Of a DNA stretch of 64,000 nucleotides, positions 1-13,479 are shown one piece after another. Both the position numbers and the translations under genes were made by a program. The notes under the pieces are model-generated. The model was not told where the DNA came from and made no database searches. It saw only the letters and a program-made list of their open reading frames with translations. The stretch's first letter is position 1. Every line of letters begins with the position of its first letter. The DNA lies in the NCBI GenBank assembly GCA_034780895.1, contig JAUZTB010000017.1:38413268-38477267 (forward strand), given 5' to 3'. The stretch comes from Rhynchobatus australiae (taxonomy: Eukaryota).

Positions 1-804
1 TATCTGCTCTCTTTTGATACTCCTGTGTCGACTGTTTGCCACATAGTACTGACCCATGCTGCCTTCTTTCCCCTGCCCAAATCTCCATCCACCAGTCATC
101 TTATACACCCACCCTGACCCAGTCACAAATTACCAAACACGAGATGCTGTCCCCAACTCTCTGGCACTGGCCCACACCACGGTGATCATATGATTCACTA
201 AGCTTGCCCCTCACAGGAGATGGTTCTCTCTGCTACCACCAATCACCAGCAGCCAACTCGTGGCCTGTAGTGGCCCTTCTCCCCATTCTTCCTCGGGACC
301 CCACCCAATCTGCACCGGCGCAGCTTGCAGACGCAAGGCCTCAATGAATTTCCATGTGACAAGCCAGTTTTTGTTGCACCTCAAAGCAACTGCATAATAC
401 ACCTTTGCAAACGCTAAGTAAGTTATAGGCGGAGTTTAAACCTCTTCCCCTACCAACAAATATCCCCACCTTACTTCAAGCAGCCACTGGTAAGATTGTA
501 GCACTGTCTTCTGCACCCTGCAATGAATATCATGGTTCTAGTCAGCTTGCATATGAAGTGCCTCCCACCAGCACAAAAACTATTGTGAATATTTTAATAT
601 AGTTGTAATATGCAAATCAAAGAAATGTATATTTGATTATTGAAAAAGCATATTTAGGTTATCAGTGGTTTCACCCTTGATTAACCTTTTTCACTCGTGC
701 ATGGAAATTAATTTATAAAAATGCATGAGAATTATGTCTCAGAACAATTTTGGAATTTCAAATAAATGGCCTGAGATGTTGAATATTTGTACCTGGAACA
801 TATG

Positions 805-1140
805 TAAAACCTTGCATTTAAATCTGTTATTTATGTGTGACCTTAACACAGTAAAATGTTCTAAGCAACTTCATAGTTACATAATGAAAGACTAATTAGT
901 GCTGAGTCAAAGAAAGATATTAGGATAAACAATCTAAAGCTTTGGGGAAAAGAGCTGGGTTTTACAGCATATCTTAAAGGAGAGAGGTAGGTGCAGGGTA
1001 ACAATTCCAGTGTTCGAGGCCTCTTCATTGTTGGGATCAAGAAAGTGTGGGATTTACATGAGGTCTTGGTTGGAAGAAGATGGAGATCGTGTGGGGGGGG
1101 GGGGTGCGTGACAGGCAGATGGGAGCAGGTGGAGGAGGGG
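805..1140 (-). mobile_element. Old L2-type LINE 3' fragment
   Basis: cttgcattta..., gctgagtcaaagaaagatattagga, gggtttt..agcatatcttaaaggagagag, aattccag...aggcct resemble the reverse complement of a chondrichthyan L2 3' end. Highly decayed and runs into an N gap. Confidence 0.45.
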
Positions 1141-3404
1141 TGANNNNNNNNNNNNNNNNNNNNNNNNNNNNNNNNNNNNNNNNNNNNNNNNNNNNNNNNN
1201 NNNNNNNNNNNNNNNNNNNNNNNNNNNNNNNNNNNNNNNNNNNGATAGCACTTGAAGAAAAGATTAAAATAAGATGGGCGCTATGAATGAGTTCTTACTG
1301 CCCTGGAACTTGGATGCATGAGACAAAACACCAAAGTCCTGACATGGCCAAAGGTGTGCAGAGAAAAAGCAAAGTGGCCTTGTTGATTGTTAATTACCTT
1401 AATTAAGGCTACTCTGGTTAAGTCTTGACTAAGAGCTAGCAAGATAGGATGAGCATGTATTGTGCATTAGAAAGAGGAAGCCAGTCTTTTCCATTCAGAG
1501 ATTATAGAATTCTAGAGCTTTTATAGGACTAAAGTAAACACGATATCAGTCTTGTGAAGGGTTGGGTTGTTGATTCAGAGCAGGTATTTCTGCTGAAAAA
1601 TCACATTCTGTTGGACTGTTGCCAGAAGTGTTACTGACAAAATGCAGTTGGTAATATTGGCTATGGTTCCTTTATTTGGAAATATTAACCTTGAACTTTT
1701 GAGCTCTGGAATTCTGTCTCTCCAGCTGCCTTTGGATTATCAAATTACTTTAATTAGTTTCTTTGCAGATTATTATCAGTGTCTGTAACTATAAATTTAA
1801 ACTGGCTTCTGTTCCACTTAGATTTTGAGAACTCAAAGGCAAGTTTAAAAATATATAAAAAAAAATACATTGAATAGCTGCCCATTCTGGGCAGGCCAAG
1901 TGGAAAAATACACAATGGACTGACTCATTTGTTCAGATAATGTGTTTATGACCACAGTATGCAAGTAACTATTGATAGGATTATTAACATCAATTATTAT
2001 TGTACATGCTTCAGCGTTGAATTTTTGGTGAATGATAGGTTTTATATATACTCATAATCCAAATGGAATTCTCCTAAAGACTGTTGGAATTCCTTTCTAA
2101 TGTAGTAATCGTATAACATGATGAATGCCATTTTGCATTACACTGACATTGAGAAAAGCACTCCAATTCTGGCACTGTGACAATAACACTTCAGTGGTGT
2201 AATGTAAAATTGCATTTACAGTATATGTCACAGAAATAATAGATACACACCAGGACACCATTTGACAGCTGTAACCTATACTTGGTTATGTTCAGCTATT
2301 TGTAAACGCAGTTAAGCTTCAGTCTTGTAGCTTATAATATCATATAACTTCCACATTTAGTTTATAGCCATATGACTACACCCAAGCATCTATTAATATC
2401 TATCTGTCTACCTGCCTATTTTTCAGTCTGTTTCAGTATCAACCTATGAATATCTATTTTTCATACTGAATAGGGCACAGTGTTACACCCTAGGGTCACT
2501 CTTCACATGCCAGATACCTTCCATCTATTGCACTTTTGTTTCTGCAGGTGCAAAAATAACCTTAAATGAAGCAGAAAAGTGCTGGTTAATTCCTGCTGAG
2601 TATTTCTGAATGCAGTTCAATATAGCACCTCACAATCTGCAAAACTTGCGTATCAAACAACAATGAAACTAAATGGTTTTAGCTTAAGTTTACTTCAAAA
2701 CATTTACTTTGAAGTCTTTTTTAAAGAAAAGACACTCCAGTGTTACAAAGGATGTAACTATTTATCCGTGGGCGAATGTACATAACATTTTCTAAATTAG
2801 TCTTGTATTTTCCTTTTGGAAAATGCTTATTATTTTATCTGTCAATGCATTAACTTTAAACACGACAGACTTAACTGCTCAACAATCAAAAATGCACCAA
2901 GACGTTTTAAGCTGAAGTGTAATTAAAGCGATCAAGAATGAATGTCAGTTATACAATGAGAAAAGACTAGATGAAGTTCTATAGACTGAAAAGTACACTG
3001 CTTTTACCAGGTTACCATGGTAAAGCTGTCAGGGATAAATGTTCTTTGTCAGCAAGTCCTCAACCACAAACAGTTTTAGCAATCAATACATTATTTAATA
3101 TAAATAATTAACTTACTGATTCTTGCTTGGTATATATTAAATGACTTTACAATGCAGGTATTAATAGCATTGTTTTGGCTTCCTCCATTTGGAATAGTCT
3201 CACCAAATGAGTCTCGGATTCAAAAGTGAATTGTGCTCTTATTGAAACTGAGCCTGTGAACGTAAGAAATGGAAGTAGGAATACTCCAGTGGATGTTGGA
3301 CTATCCCTCTCATTGCTTCAGGTCTTCTATAAAGGCTCCATGCTTCCAGTAGGAGTGTCCATCCACTGATGCATTTCATGTACGGTTCCTTTGTAAAAGA
3401 AAAT

Positions 3405-3535
3405 CAACAAACTGCAGATGCTGAAAATCCAAAACCAAAACAGAGAATGCTGGAAATGCACAGGAGGCCAGGCAGCATCTGTGGAAGCAGGAACAATTAA
3501 AGTTTTGGGACTGGAATACTTTGTCAGAACTGAGG
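3405..3535 (-). mobile_element. Penelope-like element terminal fragment
   Basis: ctgcagatgctgaaaatcc...aatgctggaaatgcacaggaggccaggcagcatctgtgga is the same motif family as the end of the element at 29781-30454. Confidence 0.6.
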
Positions 3536-3914
3536 AAGAGAAGTGCAAGTTAGTTTGTCAGGTTGGGTATTAGTTCCTGTTACCTGTAATGACGGCAGTG
3601 GACGCTGCTGGTGGTGACCAGTCATTGGCAAGACCCAGGCAGTCATGAGGCACCATTAGCTTTGGATGGCTTAGTGTTTGAAGATGTTTGCGATCCTTGA
3701 TCAAAGAAGTGCCAAGAAAAAGCAGATAAGATCATGCTTAATTTAACCAGTGGCATCCACAGAACCAGTAACACAGCCACAGTGAAGAACCAGTAACACA
3801 GGAATACTTGTAATGAAAGTCAGTTGATAAGGATCAAATTTCCTGATATACTCTACATCTATGGTGAATTTTAAGTTTACACTGTACAATTTTTGATTTT
3901 AAAAAATCAGAAAG

Positions 3915-4300
3915 GAAGAACAAGACTATATTTGTGTCATACCTTTCGATGCTATCAGGATGCCCCAAGGTACCCTGGAACCAATGAAGAACATTTGAGT
4001 TTAGTCACATATAATGTAGGAAATACAGCAGCCAATTTGAGCACAATGAGGTCTCTCAAATAGAGGTGTGAAAATGACGTTTATTTGTTTTATTGTTATT
4101 GGTTGAGAGATGAACAGTGATCTGAATATTTAAGATGGCTTGCGTGCTCTTCATTAAAATTGTGGAATCTTAAAGCCAGCAAAGGAGTCAGAAAGTTTAA
4201 TGTCTCATTCAGAAAGCAACACGTGTGATGGTAATGCACTGAAATGTGATTGTGTGCTCAAATCTTGAGAGTGACACCCAAACCCACAATTTCGTGACCC
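3915..4300 (-). mobile_element. DeuSINE/SacSINE1-like ancient SINE
   Basis: ccaatgaag..tagtcac..taatgtaggaaatacagcagccaatttgagcaca..tgtgctcaaatc; related copies at 18355, 26870, 32915 and 57960. Confidence 0.65.
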
Positions 4301-4309
4301 TCAGTGAAG

Positions 4310-4950
4310 GAACAAAGGAAACAGAAGAAGCCAGTCAGCCTCTTGAACCTCCATGCCAGTTAATAAGAACATGGCTTAATTCTTGGGGGGGGAGGTGCTG
4401 GTTGGTGCTGGGCAGACCCCTCATCAATCTCCCTAAGAATTGTGTGTTTCATTAAGATCACCTGTTGTCATCACAGCTTTCTCAGTCTCTCTCCATAACC
4501 CTTGATTCCCTTGTAGATCAAATATTTGTCAATCTCCTTGAATATGTTCAATGACTCTGCCTCCACAGCTCCTTGGGTTACAGCTTTCCAAAGACTCATG
4601 ACCATTTTGAGAGAAGAAATTCCTCCCTGTTTCCCTCTGAAACTATACTCCTTAGTTCTCAATAACCCCATTATGGGAAATGTCATCTCAGCATCCCCTT
4701 CGGTCAACCTCTTCGGAATTGTATGTTTCAATAAAATCACCTCTCATCCTTCTAACCTCCAGTGAGTATGCACCTGGTCTGCTCAACCTTTCTTCACGTG
4801 TCAGCCCCTTCATAGCCTGAATCAACTCACTAAATGTTCTAATGCTTCCAACTCGGGTAAGTCCTTCCCTGAATATGGGTACCAAAGCAGTACCCAGTAT
4901 ACCGGGTGTTGTCTCACCAGCACCCTCTAACTTTGCATGATAGCTTCCTT
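4310..4950 (-). mobile_element. CR1 LINE 3' fragment (decayed ORF2 C-terminus)
   Basis: Minus-strand frames read MKGLTREERLSRPGAYSLEVRRMRGDFIETY and SLWKAVTQGAVEAESLNIFKEIDKYLIYKGIKGYG, typical CR1 ORF2 C-terminal motifs; frameshifted. Confidence 0.85.
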
Positions 4951-6444
4951 ACATATCCTTCACTGCAAGAGGTATGGAGTATAAATGTCATGAAAAGGTG
5001 GTTAAGCCATTCCTTGAATTGGTCAATGCCATGCACAGGCTGCAAGCAGTAATTCAGCCACTGTATTGTACAAGTCAATGAGACAATAACCATACTTTAA
5101 TGACAGTCATGTGATGCGGTTGATGTATTTCTTTCAATGTATTTGTATCTGAGAAGCCCCAGTTTATATGTTCTCTCTTGGGGGTTGGGAATATGCAATC
5201 CGTTTTCCATCAACATTTTCTTACCATCCAGTTTGCAGCTATTATTAACTTCAGAAAGCTTTGGTCATGATTAAAATTGATCGGTATAATGCATAGCCTA
5301 AGTGAATGCAAGCAACTATTTATATGACAGTAGTTCCTTTAAAAAAGAAAAACACTATGTAAAGATGCACACACAGATATAGAGAGCGGGGGATGGGCCA
5401 CCTGTATGTACTTGGCACAGAGCCCAAAACCATAAAAACTTGAAGTACATTCCTGTCTATACATTATGTGAAATGTATTCTGAAATCAAGGCTGATAAAA
5501 TGGATGTGACATTGTACAGAGAGATCTTGCTGCTATGTTTCAAATAAGATGTTCTTTCTCTCCTCAAACTCCATGAGGATAGAGATGGTCCCATGGCCTT
5601 GCAGTTCTGTACTGTAGGTTTCAAAAAGTTTTATTTTAATTTAACTTGTTACCTGACACTGCCTTCTGAAATTGGTCTGATGATAAACTGTTGTTATTTC
5701 TTTGTGTCTCTAAGTACCTATGTGGTGACTTTAAAATGTTGCTAGTTCCATTTCAAATGACCATGCAGTAAACAATAAGCCCTGGAATGTACCTCAGCAA
5801 ATACATATCTCTCTCATCTCACTCATAAAATGTGTAACCATTTCATCAGGCTTAATTCAAGAGCCATGATACAGTCTAGAGATTGGGTTTTGCTTATTTC
5901 CATTGTGCTGAACCGATTTGGTGCATTTGTCACAACTGTTGATTTGGATCCCTACATCATGAAATTGGCTATAAAAATAAATAGGGTAGTTTACACCCTG
6001 AAGCGTGGACTTAAATAGGATCTACACAGTTCCCAACAGGGTCACATTAGATCAGAAGCAGCTATGACAATTTACTGTGCAACAATGTGAGCAAGATGTC
6101 AGCCCTTGAAGGCACCTTTCCCTTGGCATCTGGACAGCAGTAGCAGCCAGCATTGGAGGGAGCAGAGATGGAGATCTCCTAAATTTAGTAATATACAGCC
6201 AGTCAATGGAATGGGCTTGAAGCTGTTGGTATTGACTTATTGACATGACAAGGCAAGAGAAGCATGCTGGTAGGAAAAGATGACTTTGGGTCTATGGTTG
6301 TCAATCTGCATCTCCAGGGTTTCCTCACCTTGTTCCAGCTGTGATCCATTGACAGTAATTGATTGCAATGATTAGTCAATGCCTCCACTACTGCAGTAGC
6401 TAATGACTTCCCCAGTTGGTGGGAGGCAGACTGGATGGACCTTC

Positions 6445-6727
6445 GTGTAGCGGTTGGCATAAAGCTTTACAGCGCCAGAGACCTGGGTTCAATTCCGGCT
6501 GCTGTCTGTAAGAAACATGTACGTTCTCCCCGTGTCTGCGGGGGTTTCCTATGGGTGCTCCAGTTTCCTCCCACATCCCAAAGATGTAAGTGTTAGAAAG
6601 TTGTGGGCGTGCGCTGTTGGTACCGGAAGTGTGGCGACACTTGTGGGCTACCCCCAGAATACTCTACGCAAAAGGTGGATTTCACTGTGTTTCGATGTAC
6701 ATGTGACTAATAAAGATCTTGTTATCT
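6445..6727 (+). mobile_element. tRNA-derived SINE (V-SINE/HE1-like)
   Basis: A-box-like gtgtagcggttggc, B box gggttcaattcc (6485-6496), V-domain-like gtacgttctccccgtgtctgc..ggtttcc..gtgctccagtttcctcccacatcccaaaga, tail actaataaa. Inverted sister copy at 52672-52965. Confidence 0.88.
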
Positions 6728-8535
6728 AGCAATTCCTGTTTGTATGTTTTCTGGCTAATACTACAAGTTGAGGCTCTTTACCAGCAGTAAAGGACGAGCC
6801 CGAGTCTCCACTCACCTGGAGCCTGTAATATGCTGCAATAAATGTTGTTGGTAATCATGCTCCCATGCTTGTGTGTGTGGTCCTATTTCAATCCTCTTCC
6901 CCTTTTCTCACAAAGTGTTGCCACCATACTGGGGTGTAATAGTACATGCTTATTGCTCCCTTTGCATGAGCCTTGAGTGTAAGCGATGTTGGATGTTTCG
7001 TCCTGAGGGCACTTGCACCTGTGCTCAATTGTCTGTGGCAGCATTCACCAATCTGCTATACCAGGGTAACTTTCTTTTCTGAGACCTGGGGGCCAAATTA
7101 CAGCCAACCTACCCCAGTTCAACTAACTCAACTCAAGCTAAAAACTGAACTAAAAGTTACCTAGTCTATTTTGCTTTCTGGGCAAATGGGCTGAGGTATT
7201 GCTGCTCAGTGTGTGGATTAATAACATTGCATTCTTAAAATGAATTTTGATATGGAAGTCTGTCAACATCCCTCTCCATGGGCCAGTTTTTAAGCCTTGC
7301 CTACTTTGCTAGATTGCATCAACTATTGATGTATGGTTTATTGACTCAAAGCTTTGTGAAATATATCCCAGCACTTCACATAAATATGGTGCAAGGTTAA
7401 ACATACAGACCCTTTTGAATGTATTGTGAAATTTCAGACAGCTCTATATTTTGTAATCAAGTCTTGTATTCAGTGGGTTGTGTAATACCAGATGACTGAA
7501 TAATCTTTATTAGCACATCACATTTTTCCATTAGAGCAACATTCAGTGCATTCTTAAAGAAATAAAAATAATTGATAAATATTATCTTTGCGTGCACTTC
7601 AGGGATGCTAGGTTGTATATGGGAGGAAAAATTACAATTAAATGATATTCTGATGAACCTGCAAGAAATATTCATGAGGTCTGAAGACAGCTCCACCTAA
7701 AATAGTTCCCAAAAGATTTAGCTACACTATTACTATGATGTAACTGAACAGCAGAGCAAACTCAAGGGGCTGAAAGGCCTACTTCTGTTCTGACCTTTTT
7801 ATTGCCCTGTGCTGGGAAAAGTTTTGCAGGGATGATCTTGGTTGTGATTTTTTTTCTTTAATAGGTTAGGTTTTTCATTCTGCAGGGGTGCTATTCTTTA
7901 ACACTGGTGAGAGATTCTTCTCAAAGTGCCCTGCAGCTTATTCTTGTTCCGACTAAGCTACGTTTGAGTCAGGTTCACCAATGCCTTGATGTTAAGTTTT
8001 CCCCATGTTCTTGTCCCTCCATGACCTTGCTCTGCCTCAGCTCTATAAACTACTGCAGGGCTCTAGACCTCTTTTTCCAGCTCCAACCTGTTGTGCAGTC
8101 ACCACACCCTTTGTTGTACCATTTGAGATCTGCATCTGCAAGGTTCATACCCTTTCCAGTTTCCACCACCTACTCCTTAAGATGTTCCCTGAAGAATCGA
8201 AATTACCAAGCTGTTGGTTCCCTAACATCCACCCCTTGTCAATAATACTTCTGCAAAGTGTGGGAATGATTCATGATGTTAAATGCAAATTGTTGTTTTA
8301 CAGTGATGTCACTGAGGGTTATGGGTGGTTGTTATCTACCTGCCTTTGGGAAGATGCCAATTTCAGTTTGCTGAATCATGCAGTCTGTTTGGATTGATGT
8401 TATTTGTGCTTCAGGCAGCTACCCCCAATTCAATGCATCACCTTCCACAGGTCTTGCAGCCTCTTGGGGTTCACTGTGTCTCATCAACCCAGTGTTTAAT
8501 ATTCCTGTGTTCCCCACAGTTTTTAACTTCTGAAT

Positions 8536-9260
8536 CCATAAGACACGGGAGCAGAATTAGGCCATTCAGCCCATTGAAGTCTGCTCCGCCATTCGATTGT
8601 GGCTGATTTATAGTTTTCCCTCTCAACCCCATCCTCCTGCCTTCTCCCCTTAACCTTGACCTTTGACACCCTTACTAATCAAGAACCCATCAATCACCAC
8701 TTTAAATATCCCCAATGACTTGGCCTCCACAGCTGTCTGTGGCAATGAATTCAACAGATTCACCACTCTCTGGCTGAAGAAATTCCTCCTCATCTGTTCT
8801 AAAGAGATATCCTTCTATTCTGAGGCTGTGCCCTCTGGTCCTAGACTCTCCCACTACTGGAAACACTCCCCATGTTCACCCTATCCCGGCCTTTCAATAT
8901 TGGGTAGGTTTCAATGAGATTCCNNNNNNNNNNNNNNNNNNNNNNNNNNNNNNNNGAGATCAGGCTCAGAGCTATCAAACTCTCCTTGTATGTTAACCTT
9001 TCCCTACCTGGGATCATTCTCTTAACCCTCCTCTGGACCATCTCCAATGCCAGCACATCCTTCCTTGGATAAAAGGACCAAAACTACTCTCAATTTTTCC
9101 AAATGTGGTCTGACTAATGCCTGATAGAGGCTCTGCATTACATCCTTGCTTTTATCTTCTAGTCCTCTCGAAATGAATGTTGCCATTTGCATTTACCTTC
9201 CTTACTACTGACTAGACCTGCAAGTTAACCTTTAGGAAATCCTATACTAGGACTCCCAAT
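8536..9260 (-). mobile_element. CR1 LINE 3' fragment
   Basis: Minus frame LALEMVQRRVKRMIPGRERLTYKESL...LIETYPILKGRDRV; CR1 3' UTR cataagacacgggagcagaattaggccattcagccc. Confidence 0.88.
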
Positions 9261-10059
9261 TCCCAAATCCACCCAACACTTCAAAGCAAAAGCACAAGTT
9301 GGAAGTAATCACAAAGTGCCCTTGATTCTGGCATTCTGTAAGCCAGCTCCTCATATTAGCAATTAAAATAGTTTGTGCTTTCAATTGATTGTACCTTCGA
9401 ATTATGCAAGGGCTACAATAAAAAACATTTTAATATTTTCCATGCACTGTTTATCTTGCACTACATCAGATTTACTCCCTAGTGCTTTTGATTTATTCAG
9501 CGCAGTAATTAGTGCCTGTATAATTTATAGTGCAGGATAAATATGCTGGTACTGTGTGCATTGAAATTNNNNNNNNNNNNNAACACTTGTAAATGTTGCA
9601 CACCAGGTTTATTGTGTGTGGGCAAATTTTCACTCTGAATTCTATTTTGCCACACTATATTCATGAAGAACACAGTATCCATGAATTCTCATCTCCCTTC
9701 AAATCAGAAATATAAATTTATCTTAATCCGCTCTCATTGTATCCCAGGAAGTGAAGTGTTGCAAGATGGAAACTAGCTTTACCTACTTGTACCTACACTG
9801 TCAGCCAAATGACCTATTCAAAAAGCCCCTTGGCAGAATTTAACTTTGCATAAAAGCCCTGGGCTGGGTGAATCTTTCTTCCTGCAAACAACTGAATGGC
9901 AATGGTCTATATTATGTCTACGACTGATCATTTTCTGTGACCTTCATGATCAACTATTCTAAATTTGGTCAATTGCATGAACTTTGCAGAGAGGTCTCAC
10001 TCTCTCTCACACACACACAATCATTTTTATTTTAAAAGTTTAAATAGAAGAATATCATT

Positions 10060-10265
10060 TTCTGGAGACCCAGAAGCTCTTGGAGCAAGTTGGGCAGCAT
10101 CTGTGTAGAGAGAAACAGGGCTGACGTTTTGGGTTGGTTAAGTTACATCAGAACTGTTCTGAGCTCAAGTCTTGTTTCAAGCTAATGACCTTTCATCCTT
10201 CATTCTGCTTCCCTCTCCAGAGATGCTGCCTGGCCTGTTGACTACTTCCAGAATTTTGTATTTTT
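10060..10265. mobile_element. Old fold-back (inverted) Penelope-terminus element
   Basis: gggcagcatctgtgtagagagaaacag on the left mirrors ctgcttccctctccagagatgctgcc on the right. Confidence 0.55.
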
Positions 10266-12419
10266 AATTTGGGTTCTTGGGTTCCCAGTTTCCATAACGG
10301 TTTGTTTTTGTGGGTCAACAAGAACGTTGGTCGTTATTGTTTGGCTATTGAGCTCCATTTCATACTGTCCATAAAATGTAGACAACTTTGACAACGTTTC
10401 ACTTTATAAAGATGAACACCAATTCCCGAACATTTGGGGCCCAGAGATGTGGGGCTGGTCTGTGGCTGTTCAGGGCCCAGAGGGGAGTGGGGTAGATTTT
10501 AGAGGACTCTTCAAAATTTTATGCATGAATTCAATGCTTTCAGTTTAAACTGTTAAATATGTGTATTTTTATTGGTGTAACACTACATGTTAATTCATAA
10601 ATTAGGATGGCAACTGGAATAATATTGAATAAATGAATTTAGCAATTTGAGTAATTCACACTGAATGCATTTGAATCAGTTGCATTAAAGTGAGGTAGCT
10701 TTTGATTTGAATTCAGTGAATCAGTTTATTGTAATTTATTTGCACCAATCAGAAAAGAGTGAATTTCCCCCAGTATCTCAGATAAACTTAACATCAGTTA
10801 AGCATTTAAAGTGTGATGTTCTATATTTTAATTACACTTGTGCACAGTATTGATGCATTACAGTAAATTTAAGTTATTTACAGTGGTACCCAAGTAAGAT
10901 TCTGCAAGCTTTGTGCCCATGTGTCTTGTGCATTTCCTTTACTGATGATTTTAGAAATCCCATGATTTCTAATTTGTAAAAATGTGGAGGAGTGGGGGNN
11001 NNNNNNNNNNNNNNNNNNNNNNNNNNNNNNNNNNNNNNNNNNNNNNNNNNNNNNNNNNNNNNNNNNNNNNNNNNNNNNNNNNNNNNNNNNNNNNNNNNGG
11101 GGGGGTGGGGGGGGGGGGGGTGGGGGGAAGGAAAATGGATTTAAATCAAGCTATCAATTGCATTCCTTTCTGACATTGCAAAACTAATAAAAATTCCATT
11201 TGGGCAGCAGCAATTGGGTTACTTTATAAGGAAAAAACCTTGCCTTTGGCTACTCCTTCCTCTGAACATATAATACATTTTTTTTGCTTTGGGGAATATT
11301 AATGACAATAGTGCTGTAGTATGTGATATTATTACTCAGACACATACACTGACTCATTGCAGCCTGCGTGTCATTACTTGTTCTGAAAGTGGAGCAATCT
11401 GCTAAGGATTTTGTTTTGTGAGTAAAAACAAATTATGATTTTTAGGAAGAATTATTTTGTTTAGACTTGCTCTCACTGTCTTGGCAAAGCTTGCATGTTT
11501 CTTTTTTTTCCCCCTTGCTGGTACTGATAAGTGCCTTAATTTAGGAAGCATACATGACTATCATTCTGTTCTGAGGAATTTTCTGAGCAGAATCTGCTGG
11601 TTTTTGCATGCTTTGGGAATGCACTGCAGAAATTGTGGACTTTTGCAAACTGAACAATGAATTGATGGTCTACAAGTGGTTGGTTGATATAATAAATGAA
11701 CATAAGTAGAGAATTCTCAACATCAAACAAGGTATAAATAATTCTATCATGTGTTATTTACAGCAAGGGGAATAGGCACATTGTGTTTAATAATTCATTA
11801 AAATTCTATTAACTTATAAATCACAATTTTAATATAAAGAAATGATCTAAAACTCCTTATTAAATTGAATTACGTAGTGAAACGAATGTCGTATGCTGCA
11901 AAATACCATTTTATTTATTGCTTGTATCTCATTGCACCAACTCAGTTTGTCCTTGAGATTATTAAACTGTAATGCTTATTTATACAGCCTTAAAATAGGT
12001 CAGGAAACAATTATAGGCAAATCTGGGTAGTTAATCCAGAGATCAGAACGAAATATTTTTGAAATGTTTGCCCGAGACCGAATAAATCTCGGGTTGTGTA
12101 TAAAGTGGGGTCGGGGGCAATGCGGGGAGTGAGCCAGAAGTTTCAGCATGTGCTTCCAGACCTATATGGGTGCATGCCATTCTGGAGATCCACTGTTTGC
12201 AGCAGCCTTCCAAGCTGACGCATGAACATCAAGACTATTCCCAGAGTTGAAACCTGCCCCATTTGGTACACTTGTTCCTTTGCAAGTGGAAGAACATTTA
12301 ATGGTCTTGGCAAGTAAGGTTGGAATGTACACAGGGACTGGATTTAATCCTTAATTTTTTTTTGGAATGGCAGTCCAAGGCGTTTCTAGTGCCAGTATTT
12401 CTTGTGTGGTAAGCATTAG

Positions 12420-12620
12420 ATGTCAGCCTATGGCTCAGTCCATCATACAGTTGTCTTGTGAAGCTCATGGCTTCAGGCTCATTTCAGGAGAGTTAAGCTC
12501 AGAATCCCAGGCTGACATTCCCGCACTGCCAGAGGTGATAGGGTGGAAATTTGTTGCATGCTAAAGGTGCAATATGGTTGTTGTGGTGTGTCTCATTCTG
12601 CATCTGCAGTTCGGTTCCAT
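12420..12620 (+). mobile_element. DeuSINE/SacSINE1-like 5' fragment
   Basis: tgtcagcctatggctcagt..ggttcag-like head, aatcccaggctgacattccc..actg. Confidence 0.45.
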
Positions 12621-12672
12621 TGATGTCAAATGAATTGAACGAGTGGAGTGTGTCCCATCAGCTGCGATTTTT

Positions 12673-13433
12673 NNNNNNNNNNNNNNNNNNNNNNNNNNNN
12701 NNNNNNNNNNNNNNNNNNNNNNNNNNNNNNNNNNNNNNNNNNNNNNNNNNNNNNNNNNNNNNNNNNNNNNNNNNNNNNNNNNNNNNNNNNNNNNNNNNNN
12801 NNNNNNNNNNNNNNNNNNNNNNNNNNNNNNNNNNNNNNNNNNNNNNNNNNNNNNNNNNNNNNNNNNNNNNNNNNNNNNNNNNNNNNNNNNNNNNNNNNNN
12901 NNNNNNNNNNNNNNNNNNNNNNNNNNNNNNNNNNNNNNNNNNNNNNNNNNNNNNNNNNNNNNNNNNNNNNNNNNNNNNNNNNNNNNNNNNNNNNNNNNNN
13001 NNNNNNNNNNNNNNNNNNNNNNNNNNNNNNNNNNNNNNNNNNNNNNNNNNNNNNNNNNNNNNNNNNNNNNNNNNNNNNNNNNNNNNNNNNNNNNNNNNNN
13101 NNNNNNNNNNNNNNNNNNNNNNNNNNNNNNNNNNNNNNNNNNNNNNNNNNNNNNNNNNNNNNNNNNNNNNNNNNNNNNNNNNNNNNNNNNNNNNNNNNNN
13201 NNNNNNNNNNNNNNNNNNNNNNNNNNNNNNNNNNNNNNNNNNNNNNNNNNNNNNNNNNNNNNNNNNNNNNNNNNNNNNNNNNNNNNNNNNNNNNNNNNNN
13301 NNNNNNNNNNNNNNNNNNNNNNNNNNNNNNNNNNNNNNNNNNNNNNNNNNNNNNNNNNNNNNNNNNNNNNNNNNNNNNNNNNNNNNNNNNNNNNNNNNNN
13401 NNNNNNNNNNNNNNNNNNNNNNNNNNNNNNNNN
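12673..13433. other. Assembly gap (largest of many N runs; others include 50275-50854 and 55049-55294)
   Basis: Run of N. Confidence 0.99.
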
Positions 13434-13479
13434 CACCCTGAACTCCTGTAACCTGGTCCTGGGCTTCAGATCTCCTTGG

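Noticed and set aside
3757-3802. Short local duplication agaaccagtaacacag (also cattgttgag at about 18610-18632)
   Set aside because: Two copies only; ordinary slippage duplication.
6445-6510. tRNA-like A and B boxes (also 14700-14790 and 52900-52965)
   Set aside because: They are SINE heads continuing into SINE body and tail, with no complete cloverleaf.
10990-11127. G-runs suggesting a G-quadruplex (also 1091-1105)
   Set aside because: They abut N gaps where homopolymer sequence is unreliable, so the structure cannot be assessed.
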